From contig JAWQFM010000017.1 of assembly GCA_033442325.1 (NCBI GenBank), forward strand, positions 163,454-227,453: DNA of 64,000 nucleotides. Direction: 5' to 3'. Position 1 is the first letter of the stretch. Each line of letters begins with the position of its first letter. The position numbers were made by a program, and so were the translations under genes. Source of the stretch: Salpingoeca rosetta (lineage: Eukaryota; Protista; Choanoflagellata). This document shows, in pieces, positions 34,845 to 47,811 of the stretch. The notes beneath the pieces are model-generated. The model ran no database searches and was not told the origin of the DNA. It saw nothing but the letters and a program-made list of their open reading frames with translations.

Positions 34845-37800
34845 CAACCCCGCCCCATCACCCCCCCCCCCCCCCCATTTAGGCGCCATGTCCTTGGCGT
34901 TTATTGAGAGTGGACGGGTGGACACCAATGTCGGCACGGCTGCGACGTTCTTCACGGTGGACACGCGAACGTTCATGGCCACGGCAAACGCCAACGGCAA
35001 CAACGTCCTTGTGTACCTGTTTGACGGCGCGGACTTCAATCTGGTGCAGAGCATCCCGGCCACAGCACCAAGCGCCGTGGACGTGTTCACTGCGGCCTCC
35101 AACGGTGAGACATACATTGTCATCGCCAACGCCCAGGACGCGCAGACGCAGTCGGAGATGTTCCGCTTCAACGCTCAGACTTACGCCTTCACGTCCGTGC
35201 AGACCTTCGACACGTCGTTTGCTGCCGATGCCAAGGTCTTCGAGCACACCACAGCCGACGGCACGAGCCTCACGTTTCTCGCCTTTGCCAACTTCAAGGA
35301 CATTGGCCTCGACCTCACCAACTACGAGACAGACTCTGCCGTGTACCTGTGGAACCCCACCTTCAACCGCTTTGACTTTCTCCAGCACGTGCCCACCGCG
35401 GGCGCAGTCAAGGTGGAGACCTTCACCTACAGCGGCAGCCTCTACCTCATCTTCGGCTGCCAGGGGGAGTACCTGATGCAGCTGAGCCTGACGAAGCCCC
35501 TCAACTACAACGTCGAGTCCCGCGTGTACAAGTTCGACGCAGCCGCCCTCCAGTTCACCGCCACCAGCGCCTCCATCAGCACCACGGGCCTCGTCGACCT
35601 CACCACCTTTGTCAGCCAGGACGGCACGCTGCTCCTCGCAGCCGCACAGGGCGTCAACAGAACAGACACGTCTGCGCAGTCCAACACCCAGCTCCCCATC
35701 GCCATCACCACCGTGGGCAGCGGCATCCGCTTCTACGAGTGGATCCCAGACATTGACCTCCTCTCCTTTGTGGAAACCTACGACGTGTTTGCGCCCTCCG
35801 CACTCGACGTGTTCTACGGCGGCGCAAACGGTGACACCCCGTACCTCCTCGTCACCACCCGCGGCAGCGAGAGCGACCCCACAAACACGTCCTCGCACTC
35901 CATCCTCCTCACCCAGAGCGCGGTGTCCCAAGACCTGTTCTACCAGGTCGCCTCCTTCCCCACGCACTCGGCCGTCGCCGTCGCGTCCACTGTCATCGAT
36001 TCTGTCCGCTACGCCGTCGTCGTTTCGCAGCAGCTGCAGGACACACTCGTGCGCGGCGCCCTCACGGAGGCCACCATCTCTGCCCAGCCCACCACCTCCA
36101 GCATCTTCGCCATCGTGCAGGAGGGCCAGGACTACACGGCCCGCGCCGGGTCCATCATCTTCGACTCCCCAGACACGGTCGCCCTGCCCATCTACATCAC
36201 TTCAACCCCGGGCGAGCAGGAGCCAACGGAGTTCTTCACCGTCACCCTCACGTCCTTGGCCGCGGCAGACAACACCACCACCGTCACCGTGTACATCGAG
36301 GGCGACCTCGACAACACCCTCGACGTGCAGTACGACGCCGGCGCGGACGTGCGCGACGACCAGGTCTACATCACCGAGGAGGAGCACCCCGTCCCCTTGA
36401 CGGTTGCCACCTTCTCCATCCCCGGATTCACGGGCACCCTCCTGTGCACGTTGGACACGGACGCGCCAGAGTTCCAGGTCTCCGGCACCACGCTCAAGGT
36501 GATTGCGCCGCTTGACCGCGAGGCACAGGACCTCTTCGTGCTCCCCATCACGTGCATGGGCTTTCCCAGCACCACGGGCGTGTCTGCGCAGGCGTACATC
36601 ATCGTCAACGTCATGGACATCAACGACAACCCGCCAGAGTTTGCCGGCATCAATTCCGGCATCGCCACCAAGCGCGTCACGGAGGGCACACCCGCCGACT
36701 TCCTCGTCTACACCTACGAGGTCACGGACGCCGACCTCACCATGAGCGTCAACTTCTCCATCATCAGCATCCGCACCGCAAGCAACGAGGTCGACTACAC
36801 GGGGCCCACCCCCATCTACCTCGACCCGCTCACGGGCCAGCTCTACACCGCCCGCGTCTTCGACCGGGAGACGGACGGCGACGAGTTCTTCTTCACCCTG
36901 CAGGTCACCGACACGCAGGACCCGACCCAGTTTGCCCTCGTTGACGACCGTCTCTTCATCGCCGACCTCAACGACAACGCGCCCGTGTTCTCGCAGAGCG
37001 TGTACGCCGTGTCCATCCCAGAGACGTTCAGCACGTCCACCAGCCTTGCCCCGCGCTCCGGGCCAGGCACCATCTTCGGTGACGTCATCTTCACCAACAT
37101 TGCCGCAACGGACCAAGACGCCAGCGACAACGCCAGAATCTCCTTCAGCATCACAGACGGCAACTTTGCGGTGGAGGGCGGCAACGAGTTCTTCAACATC
37201 GACCCCGACACCGCCGTCGTGGACGTCATTGCACGCCTCAACTACGAGGTCCCCAGCGAGCGCCACTTCAACCTCACCATCCGCGCCTGTGACTATGGCC
37301 CAGACCTCCCCGACGACCCGTTCGGCCAGCAGTGCAGCGACGCCATCCTCTCCGTCCAGGTCACCGACCTCAACGACAACCCGCCCGTGCTGGACACCAT
37401 CGACATGTCCGCTGGCGTGGAGAAGGTTGGCCTCTACTACAGGATCACCGAGGCGACCGACAACACGCAGATCCTCCAGGTGCACGCCACAGACGCCGAC
37501 GGGCCGAACAACAACCACATCGTGTTCAACATGGAGGGCATTGTCGGCACCGCCACGTCCGGCTTCAACGCCTCCTCCACGGGCACCGTCACCGTCTACG
37601 ACCCCGTCCCGGGCGTGTACAACCTCCAGATGATGATGACCAACGACGGCGTGGGCACGCTCGCGCCGCAGCTGGTGCCCTTCACCATCTACATGTACGT
37701 GTTTGATCTCCCCGCCATCACGGCGCCGTCCTCCATCTCCGTGGCGGAGAACGTCACAGCCACAGACGTCCTGGCGACGGTGTCTGCCATGGTCACCGTC

Positions 37801-40800
37801 ATCGACAGCACCTTCCCCACCTTCTCCTACACCATTGTGGGCGGCAACGATCTGGGCAAGTTTCAGCTCGCCGAAGGGTCCGGCACCCTGACCCTCGCCC
37901 CAGGCCAGACCCTCGACTACGAGACAGACCCGCACTCGTACGCCATCACCGTGCGCGCTCGCGACATCACCACCACCCTGGACCGCTTCAGCGAGGCCAC
38001 CATCAACATTGAGCTCACGGACGTCAACGACGTCACCCCCGTCATCGCTGCCGTGCCGGCCATCCCCACTTTTGCGGAGGACGATGCGCTGTCGACCAGC
38101 GCCTTTGCCCAGCGCGACGTGGCGCAGCTACAGGTGACCGACGCCGACACCAACACCGTGCTCACGTACACCATCGACAGCGTGACGGCGACGAGGCGCG
38201 TCTCTGGCGTGGACGAGTCCCTCCCGTCGGCCTTCAGCATCACATCCACGGGTCTTCTGCAGACGGCCCAGCCCATCGACGCAGAGCAGCACTCGCAGTT
38301 TGCCGTCGTCGTGCGGGTGTCGGACGGCGTCAACAGCGCCACCGCTACCATCAGCATCGCCAGCGTCACCAACGTCAACGATGTGGAGCCCGCGTTTGGC
38401 CAGCCCATCTACCAGGCCACCCTCTCCGAGACCACCGCTGTCGGTGAGGTGGTCGTCACCCTTGCTGCGGACGACCTGGATTTCGAGCAGGCGTCCCCGC
38501 TCGTCTTTGCCATTGTGCCACAGGCTGCAACGACGGACCCGGAGAACGGCGGATCCAGCAACTTTGCCGTTGACGCCAGCACGGGCGCAATCACCCTTGC
38601 CAGCGCCCTGGACTACGAGGCCTTCAAGATGCACCGCTTCACCGTGACCGTCTCGGACGGTCGCAGCGAGGACTCTGCTGTGGTCGAAGTGCGCGTGTCC
38701 AACACCAACGAGGCCGCCCCCGTGTTTGGCGGCTTTGACCGTGCCGTCGCCATCCCCGAGGACACGGCCGTCCACACGGTCGTGTTCACGGCCACGGCCA
38801 CGGACGCCGACCGCAACGACACCGTCTACTTCTCCCTTGTCACAAACGACGGCCAGTTTGCCGTTGACGAGCGCACGGGCGTGGTCACCACCGCTGCTGC
38901 CTTTGACCGCGAGACCACCGCCTCGTACAGGCTGGTGCTGCGCGCCTCCGATCGCGCCAACGCCTCTGGCCTCCTCACCATCACCGAGGTTCTTGTCACC
39001 ATCACCGACGTGAACGACAACACGCCCCAGTTTGTCACGCAGAGCGTGTTTGACGTTGCTGAGAACGCTGCTGTGGGCACGCTTGTGGCCAAGGTGGTGG
39101 TGACGGACCAGGACGAGGGCGTCAACGCCGCCCTGGCGTACAGCCTGCAAGGCCCTGACGCGGACAAGCTCAGCATCGACGCCAGCGGCAACGTCACCGT
39201 CAACACGGCCAACGCCACAGACATTGACCGGGAGACGCAGAGCACCCTCGTCTTTGACGTTGTTGTCACAGACCTCGGCAGCGCCCCCAACACCAACCGG
39301 GTCACCCTCACCGCCAATGTGCTTGATGTGAACGACAACACACCGCAGCTGCAGGTGTCCGAACCCAGCCTCAGCCTCACCATGCTCGAGTCCACCACGG
39401 CCAACACGGAGGTGGCACGCTTCAGCGCCACGGACGCCGACGCCACCAGCCCACACCGCCAGGTCTCGTTTGGTCTCGCCGGCACGGACGCGTTCACGAT
39501 CGAGGCCTACACGGGCCGCGTGCTGCTTGCGCGCAGCCTCGACTTTGAGGCCATGGGCCCGGGCCCCATTTCCTTCACGGTCACGGCGACGGATGGTGGC
39601 CTCACAAGCGCCCCATACCCGGTCACGGTCGAGCTGCAGGACGTCAACGACGTCGACCCCGTGCTTGGTGATGTGCTGGCGCCGCTCACAGTGCGAGAGG
39701 AGCGCTCCTCCGCCATCATCGGCACCATCCCGGCCTCGGACGCGGATGTCGTTGATGACGGCCAGCTTCGCTTCTCCATCGTCGCCACTGACCCGGCGTT
39801 TGTGCAGGCACGCATTGAGATTGACGAGGTGACCGGTGAGCTGAGCACGAGCGCGGGCGCAGTGATTGACCGTGAGGAGGTGGAGGGCGGCCTCGACGCC
39901 TTCACCGTCACCGTCCAGGTTGTGGACTCTGGCGCGCGCACAGCCACGCGCGAGTACACCGTCTCTGTGACGGACATCAACGACAAGCGGCCCGTGTTTG
40001 ACACCTCCGTGTACATGGCCAACGTCCAGGAGAACCTTGCCGGTGGCACCTTTGTGACCACGGTGCAGGCGACGGACGGCGACCGCGCAGGCACGGCCTT
40101 TGCCACCATCGCCCGCTACACCATCAGCGGCGACAGCCTTGCCCTGTTCCAGATTGACGCGAGCACGGGCGTCATCACCACGACGCGCCAGCTCAACGCC
40201 GAGGCCCCGCTGCACGTGCCGGATGGCGGCTACAGCTTCACCGTTACCGCCTACGACGGCGCCAGCCCACTTCCGCTCTCCGGCAGCGCCACCGTCCGCG
40301 TCTATGTGCAGGACGTGAATGACATGCCGCCCCAGTTCCCGCCAGGCACTCAGCGGGCGCCAGACTTCAGCGAGGGCAACGCCGCCGGCACGGTGCTGAC
40401 GACGGTGCAGGCCACGGACGCCGACCGCACGACGGAGTACAACACCGTCTCCTACAGCATTGTCACGGACCCGACCGGCGCGTTTGCCGTGCGCGCCAAC
40501 GGCGACATCTACTCCACGAGCGAGGTTGATCGCGAGGAGTTCCCCAACGAGGTGTGCATCACCGTGCAGGCGGATGACGGCGACTTCCAGGTCAACACCG
40601 ATGTGTGCTTCAACGTTGGCGACATCAACGACGAGACGCCCGTCTTCAGCACGCCGCCGCAGCAGACATTCAACGTGACGGAGGATACGCCTATCGGCAC
40701 CGTTGTGGGCCGCGTCATGGCTGCTGACGCAGACAAGCCCAACACGCCCGCTTCCACCATCACCTACTCGCTCGTTGGACCGCAGACTACGTTCGACATT

Positions 40801-43800
40801 GACGCGTCCTCCGGCAACATCATCCTCGTTGAGGCTCTGGACCGCGAGACCAAGAACGCGCACTTCCTGCGCGTCCGCGCAACCGACGGCGGCGGCCTCT
40901 CTGCGGACCTGGACTACGTCATCGTTGCCGTGCTCGATGTGAACGACAACGCACCAAGCTTCACCAGCGCCCTCGCGTACACCGTCTCCGAGGGCTTCAA
41001 CGTCTCCCTGCCGCTGTTTGTTGCAACGGCAGAGGACGACGACCTCCCCAACGACGACAACTCCCGCATTGCCTTCTCCCTTGCACCTGGCTCGCTCACA
41101 GACGCCAACACGGGCACTGCCATCCCCGACAACATGCTTTCCATCCGCGTGGAGGCAGATGGCCGCGTGTTTGCCAACAGCGCCCTGAACCGCGAGGCCT
41201 ACCAGGCCTTCTCCTTTGACCTTGTTGCCAGCGACTTTGGCACGCCCCAACTGCAGGCCACAGCCACGATCACCGTCACCCTCTCCGACGAGAACGACAA
41301 CGCACCCGTGTTTAGCAACGCCACGTACATGTTCAGCCTCGCCGAGGATGTGTCGCTGGGTGTGTTTGGCAGCGTGTCTGCCACGGACGCAGACACGGGT
41401 GTGAATGCGCTGATCGAGTACACGCTGCTGACCAGCACGGGCCTGTTTGCCATCGACGCCGCCACGGGCGACCTCTCGCTCACTGCCGCCCTGGACTACG
41501 ACGTGCCTCCTCAGATGTACACCCTCACGGTGGAGGCCAGTGACGGCGGCGCACCGTCCATGGCCACCACGACGACCGTTGTCGTGCACGTGCTCGACGT
41601 CAACGACAACGCCCCCGTGCTCTCGCGCTCCGTGTATCACGCCGTCGTCGACGAGAACATGCAGGGCGCCAGCACGGTCATTGCCAACATCTCTGCCACG
41701 GACGCGGACAGCGGTGCGTTTGGTGCTGTCTCCTACAGCGTGGACATGGGAGCGTCCGACGCCGCGTGCGCCAGCCTGAGCCTCGACGCGTCCTCCGGCG
41801 CCGTCACGGTCGACGTGGCCTTCAACCGCGAGGAGCTCACGTGGGTCAACTGCACCGTTGTTGCCTCCGACGGCGGCAACCCTGTGCCAATGACCAGCAC
41901 GGCTGCGCTCAGCGTGCGCGTGCGTGATGTCAACGACGTTGCGCCCGTGTTCACGCCCGCAGGTCCCGTTGACCTGACCCTTGCCGAGAACAACGCGGCG
42001 CCGTCCACGCTTTACCAGTTGTCTGTTTCCGACCAGGACACCGTCGGCACCGTGGCGCTGTCGCTCGACAACGACTTTGGTGGGCTGTTTACCATCAGCG
42101 AGAGCAACGAGCTGCAGGTCACGCGCAGCCTCGACTACGAGGCGGACCAGCGCATGTACTCGTTCTCTGTTCGCGCCTTTGATGGCGTGCAGGAGACGTT
42201 CCTGGACGTGAACGTGGACCTGACCAACGAGAACGACAACAATCCCGAGTTTACCCAGCAGTTTGTGTACCGCGTGGTGCAGGAAGGCACTGCGGCGCGC
42301 ACTGTGGTTGCCCATCTTGTGGCCAACGACCGCGATGAGGCCGCCAGCCCCGCGGACGTGGTGTACTCCATTGTTGCACCGGGCACGCCTTACTTTGCCG
42401 TCGACGCAGACCTTGGTACCGTGCACACGACAGACGTCGCCATCGACTACGAGATGACGCAGACGATCAACTTCACCGTACAGGCCGCAGATGCCGGCGG
42501 TCGCATCGGCACCGTCGACATTCAAGTTGCCGTGGAGGACATCAACGACAACGATCCCGTGTTCCAGAACGCGGGCACATACGCCATCAGCGTGGACGAG
42601 AACACGCCCGTCGGTACAGAGGTTGAGCGCGTGCTTGCTCTGGACGCCGACTCTGGCGTCTTTGGCGCTGTCGTGCAGTACGTGACAGACTCGGCGCTGT
42701 TTGTGGTGGACAACTCTGGCGTGATCACGCTGGGCGCGGCCCTGGACTATGAGGACGACATGCTGTTGAAGAGCTTCACCATTGAGGTGTTTGCTGTGGA
42801 CGGCGGCAACCGCCAGACGTCCGTCACCATCGCCGTCACCATCAACGATCTCAACGACAACCCAACCGTGTTTGACGACAGCACATACACGGGCAGCGTC
42901 CCCGAGCACTCGAGCATGGGAACGCACGTGATTCGCCACATCCGCCTCTCTGACGCCGACACGGTTGTCACCAGCTACTCCCTCTCTGTCCGCGCCATGG
43001 CCGGGGATGAGGACACGGAGAGCCTCTTTGCGGTGCAGGGGGTGGCTGTGGTGTTTGTGGGCAGCCCCGCTGCGCTTGATCGCGACACGCGGGAGGAGTA
43101 CCGCTTCTGGCTCGTCGTCACAGACGCGGATGGCCAAGAGGACACGGCGATGGCCGTGGTCACGCTCACGGACATCAACGACAACGCACCAGAGTTCTCC
43201 CAGGCCCAGTACAGCGTGTCGCTGGCGGAGAGCAGGCCGCTTGGGCGCGTGTTTGCGGGCATCAGCGCCACAGATGCAGACGCCGGCGCCAACGCGGCCA
43301 TCACGTACGCTATTGTTGGTGGCAACGAGGAGGACCGCTTTGCCATCGACGACGTGACCGGCGAGCTGAGCCTCGTGGCCAGCCTCAACTTTGAAGCCAC
43401 CACGTCGTACGTGCTCACGGTGCAGGCGAGCGACGCCGGCAGCCCCATGCCGCAGTCCTCCACCGCCAGTGTGGCCATCACCGTGCTCGACGTCAACGAC
43501 AACGCGCCCGTGTTCACGCCGGCCGCGCCGTCCATGATAGTGTATGAGAACGAGGAGGCTGGCCCCGTCATTGGCGTGCTTGCAGCAACAGATGCAGACT
43601 CGTATGCCGGTGGCGAGGTGCAGCGCTTCGAGCTGGTCGGGGAATCGGACGATTTTGCCGTGGATGCAGTCACCGGTGCCGTGCGCGCGCTGCGCACGTT
43701 TGACCGCGAGCAACAGAACCAGTACAGCGTGACGGTGCGTGTGTATGACGATGGTGCACCAGCGCAGCTGTGGTCTGACACCGAGCTGCGCATCTTCGTG

Positions 43801-46485
43801 GGCGACAGGAACGACAACGCGCCCGAGTTTGGCTGCCCCAAGGCCGGCATGGCCGTGACTGAGGCTGCGCAGGTTGGCGACGTGTTTGCCACCATTCGCG
43901 CGTACGACGCGGATTCGTCCTCCACTGTCACTCACACCATCACCGCAGGCAACTGCGAGGGCACATTTGGCATCTCCCAGTACACGGGCAAGCTGTATCT
44001 GCGCAAGCCCTTGAACCGTAAGCAGGCGGCCCAGTACGAGCTGCAGGTGACCGCCAGCGATGGTACCTTCTCCAACGTGCAGACGGTGACGGTGCTGGTT
44101 GACATGAGCGACATCAACCGCATGAAGCACGTGCTGAACCAGGTTATGGGCATCCACTCTGGCGTGTTTTCTGCCGTTGACCTGTTTGAGGAGTATCCGT
44201 CCTACGAGAACCTCGGCACGCTGCCCTCCACCACCTCCCACATGATGACAACAACGTCAATGGACGCCACCAGCAGCAGCACCACCACCACAACAGCAGC
44301 AGCAACAACAACAACAACGACGATGATGATGACGACAACCTCGACAACGACGACCACGCCAACTACCGCTGCGACGACTACCACGATGGTGAATGCAACG
44401 ACCACCATGACGACAGCTGGGACAACTACAACCACGACTACAACAGCGACTACAACCACGACCACGACGGCTGATGCAATGTCCACCACGACAACCACGA
44501 CGATGGCTGGAACAACCACGACGATGGCTGGAACAACCACGACCACCACAGCAGATGCCACGACCACAACTACAACTACAACTACAACAGATGATGCAAT
44601 GTCCACCACGACAACTACAACTACAACTACAACTACAACTACAACTACAACTACAACTACAACAGATGATGCAATGTCCACCACGACAACTACAACTACA
44701 ACTACAACTACAACTACAACTACAACTACAACTACAACAGATGCCACGACCACAACGACCACGACAACGACAGAGACGGACGCTGCAACAATTCTGGCCA
44801 TTGATACTGTGCCTGGCACAGGGTCAGATGGAGGTGCGGCATGTGTGTTCCCCTTCACGTACAACGGCGTGGAGTACAACTCGTGCACGACCGAAGACTC
44901 CAACGTGTACTGGTGCTCCACCACGGCTGTCTATGAGGGTCAGTGGGGCAACTGCGACATCTACGACGCTTTCATTGTGCAAGACGACAAGCTGTACTCC
45001 CAGGAGTCCATGCTTGAGGCTCCAAGCAAGATTGTCGCGTTCCAGGATGAGGTTTGTGCAACGCTGCTTGTGCTCATGTGTGTAGTGTGTGTGTGTGTGT
45101 AATGGGGGGGGGGGGAGGCGGAAGAAGGGGTACGAACAGCTGTGTATGTTCTGCGTTGTTGTAATAGCATGTCCACAGTATTGCCTTTGCTAATAATACA
45201 CGCGGCACACACACACGCGGCACACACAGATCATTGCCATTCAGCCACAAGGTGCAGCCAGCACCATCGAGTTTGTGCAGGAAGACGGCCAGGTATGCTC
45301 ATTCAGATGTCGTGTTCCACGTGTGTATGGCTTTGCGTTTATGTGTTTATGCTGCTTGGCCTACGGAGTTTACAGTGGTGACACCAACACCTGGCTCACG
45401 TCGTGCTTCTCTCATCTCCCTTTCATGATGATAACCTCTGCTTCATGTTTCCACGTTCTGTCTACGCAGGCCATTGCCAACATTGTGGATGTGACGTCCA
45501 ACTACGGACGGGCCGCCTCTGTTGCGGTCTTCATCACCACGGACGCATCCCTGCCATCCACCGTGCTCGTGCGCGTGTCTGGCACAGTCGTCCTCACCAT
45601 TGAGATCCGCGCACCGCCGTCAAGCACCACCGTGCCGGAGAACCCCGTGTTCACCGTGAGCGGCGCCCTGTGCGTGTTCCCGTTTGTGCTCAACGGCACG
45701 GTGTACAACAGCTGCACCTGCGATATTGTCGGCCAGTACTGGTGCGCCACAGACCGCTCCCTGCAGGTGCAGGAGGCGTGGGACTACTGCGACCCGGCAT
45801 ACCTGCCCAGTGATGCGCCAGAATGCCCGCTGTCGGCAGCCGCCAGTGGCCTCAAGCTCTCCGCGCCAAAGTCTGAAACTCAGACAAACAGCAACGGCGA
45901 TGTCAGCAGTGACAACAGCAGCAGCAACTCGTCGCGTGCAGCCCTTGCGCTACCGGCGACGCTTGGTGTCATTGCGGCCGTGCTCGTGGTCGCGCTCGCC
46001 GCCGTCTACATCAAGTCGGGCCGCCGCGCAAAGTAAGTGCTGGTGGCGACTGTGATGGTGATGACCGATGAAGCTTGTTGTGGTTGGGTTGGGGGTGGGG
46101 GGGGGGTAACGGTGCAGGTGTGAGTTCTTGGGCGACGTAGTGGTAGTATTGATTGTTTGTGATGGTCGTGATGATAGTTGTGGTGGTGGTCGTGATGATA
46201 GTTGTGGTGGAAGGGTGGACGAGATTCACAGTTGGTAATCGTGACATGATCAGGTCAAAACATAACGCGTCTCACCCAATCTTGCTCTCTTCCGACTCTT
46301 TTCTCTTCTGCTGCAGGTTTGCCACCCCAGTTGAGCGCCTCAATGACGATTGCGACGACAGTCTGTCTGCAGCGCCAGAGTTTTCGGAGCTGACGGCAGT
46401 GTATGATGACGGCGAGCTCATGCCCCCGACCGAGCCGCGCCGCGCCTTTACCTTTGCCTCCCAAGTCACCGAATCACAAGTCTAA
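34128..46485 (+). CDS. Giant single-pass cadherin: signal peptide, split Calx-beta/EAR propeller, ~24 cadherin repeats, Thr-rich stalk, 2x FN2, TM, PDZ-binding tail
   Basis: Exons 34128-34185, 34415-34549, 34883-45051, 45230-45292, 45470-46032 and 46317-46485 all join in frame through GT-AG sites. Repeated DxNDNxPxF, LDRE/LDYE and ATDAD motifs. FN2 CVFPF..WC motifs. TM LGVIAAVLVVALAAVYI. Confidence 0.95.
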
Positions 46486-46488
46486 CTG

Positions 46489-46571
<83 letters not shown>

Positions 46572-46931
46572 GTGCAACTTCATGCGGTTGGTTCAATTGT
46601 ACCCTCACTGTTGCGACCTGTGCATTGATGTGACAACTCCTTCTTTTCCTTGTTTTGTGACGGTCTGTTTGCGTCGTGTTCGTTCGATATCCATGACAAT
46701 CTGTTCAATGTTCTGGGTAAAAAGGACAGCGACAAGTAAAACTTGATGACATGACAACGGCAACAACAACACAAGCCAAATACACATGACAAGAGAGGAA
46801 CAGCCTAAGGTGCTCACGAAACACACACAACAGAGGATGCACAATACAAGTTGACACAAAGGCCAAGTTAGGAGAGACAACATATGCATGCAATCGAACA
46901 CATATGCATGCGATCGAACACACACACACAC

Positions 46932-46981
<50 letters not shown>

Positions 46982-47080
46982 CTGATTGCTGTACGGTTGC
47001 TGTGCGAGTACCACCACAAGGACTGGTACCAGCAGCACGAGTATGGATGGATGGCTGTCGGTGGCGGCAGCGGCAGCGGC

Positions 47081-47510
47081 TTAGACGGGGCCCATGGACG
47101 CTGGGCCACCAGGGGCTTGCTGCTGCTGGGCACCGGCAGGCACGGGCCGCTTGATGCCAGACACAATCTTGTCAATGCGCAGCAGCATGATGGCCGTCTC
47201 CACGGCCGTCTTGATGGTCTGGGACTTGACGCGGATAGGCTCCCACACGCCAACCTCCTTCATGTCTGCAATCTCGCCCGTGTCACCGTCAATGCCCCAC
47301 GTCACGTTGTTGCCTGCCGCGTGCTTTGCCTGCAATTGCAAGGCATACGTTTGTAGTTGGTGATTGGTGTTGGGTGTATTCGAGGTGTGAGCGGTGGAAG
47401 CGAAGCGTGGACAAGCGCGAGGACGAGTTTTGGGGTGTTGTGTTGGAAAGAGGCTGTGGTACATGCAGTTGGCTGACAAAGTAGTACACCACGCACGCCA
47501 TCAAAGACAA

Positions 47511-47567
<57 letters not shown>

Positions 47568-47748
47568 CCACGCATCCATACACACTTACGCGGAGGGCTG
47601 TGAGGGTGCGGATGGTGTTGCCACCGCAGTTCTGGATGAGGGTGCGGGGGATCACCTCAATCGCCTAAACGACAATGAGTTGAATTCGTGGGACAGAAAA
47701 CATTGTGTTACTTGCTGCTGTTCAAAGGACAGAAGATGGGGAAGAAAG

Positions 47749-47811
<63 letters not shown>

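Noticed and set aside
34168-34882. N-terminus of the 3644-aa ORF as given in the track
   Set aside because: It reads through introns. The supported start is the signal-peptide exon at 34128, with introns at 34186-34414 and 34550-34882.
38128-44241. 2037-aa ORF on the minus strand (and the 577-aa ORF at 36202-37935)
   Set aside because: These are antisense shadows of the cadherin exon. Strong C/G-ending codon bias removes reverse-strand stops, and no domain signal is present.
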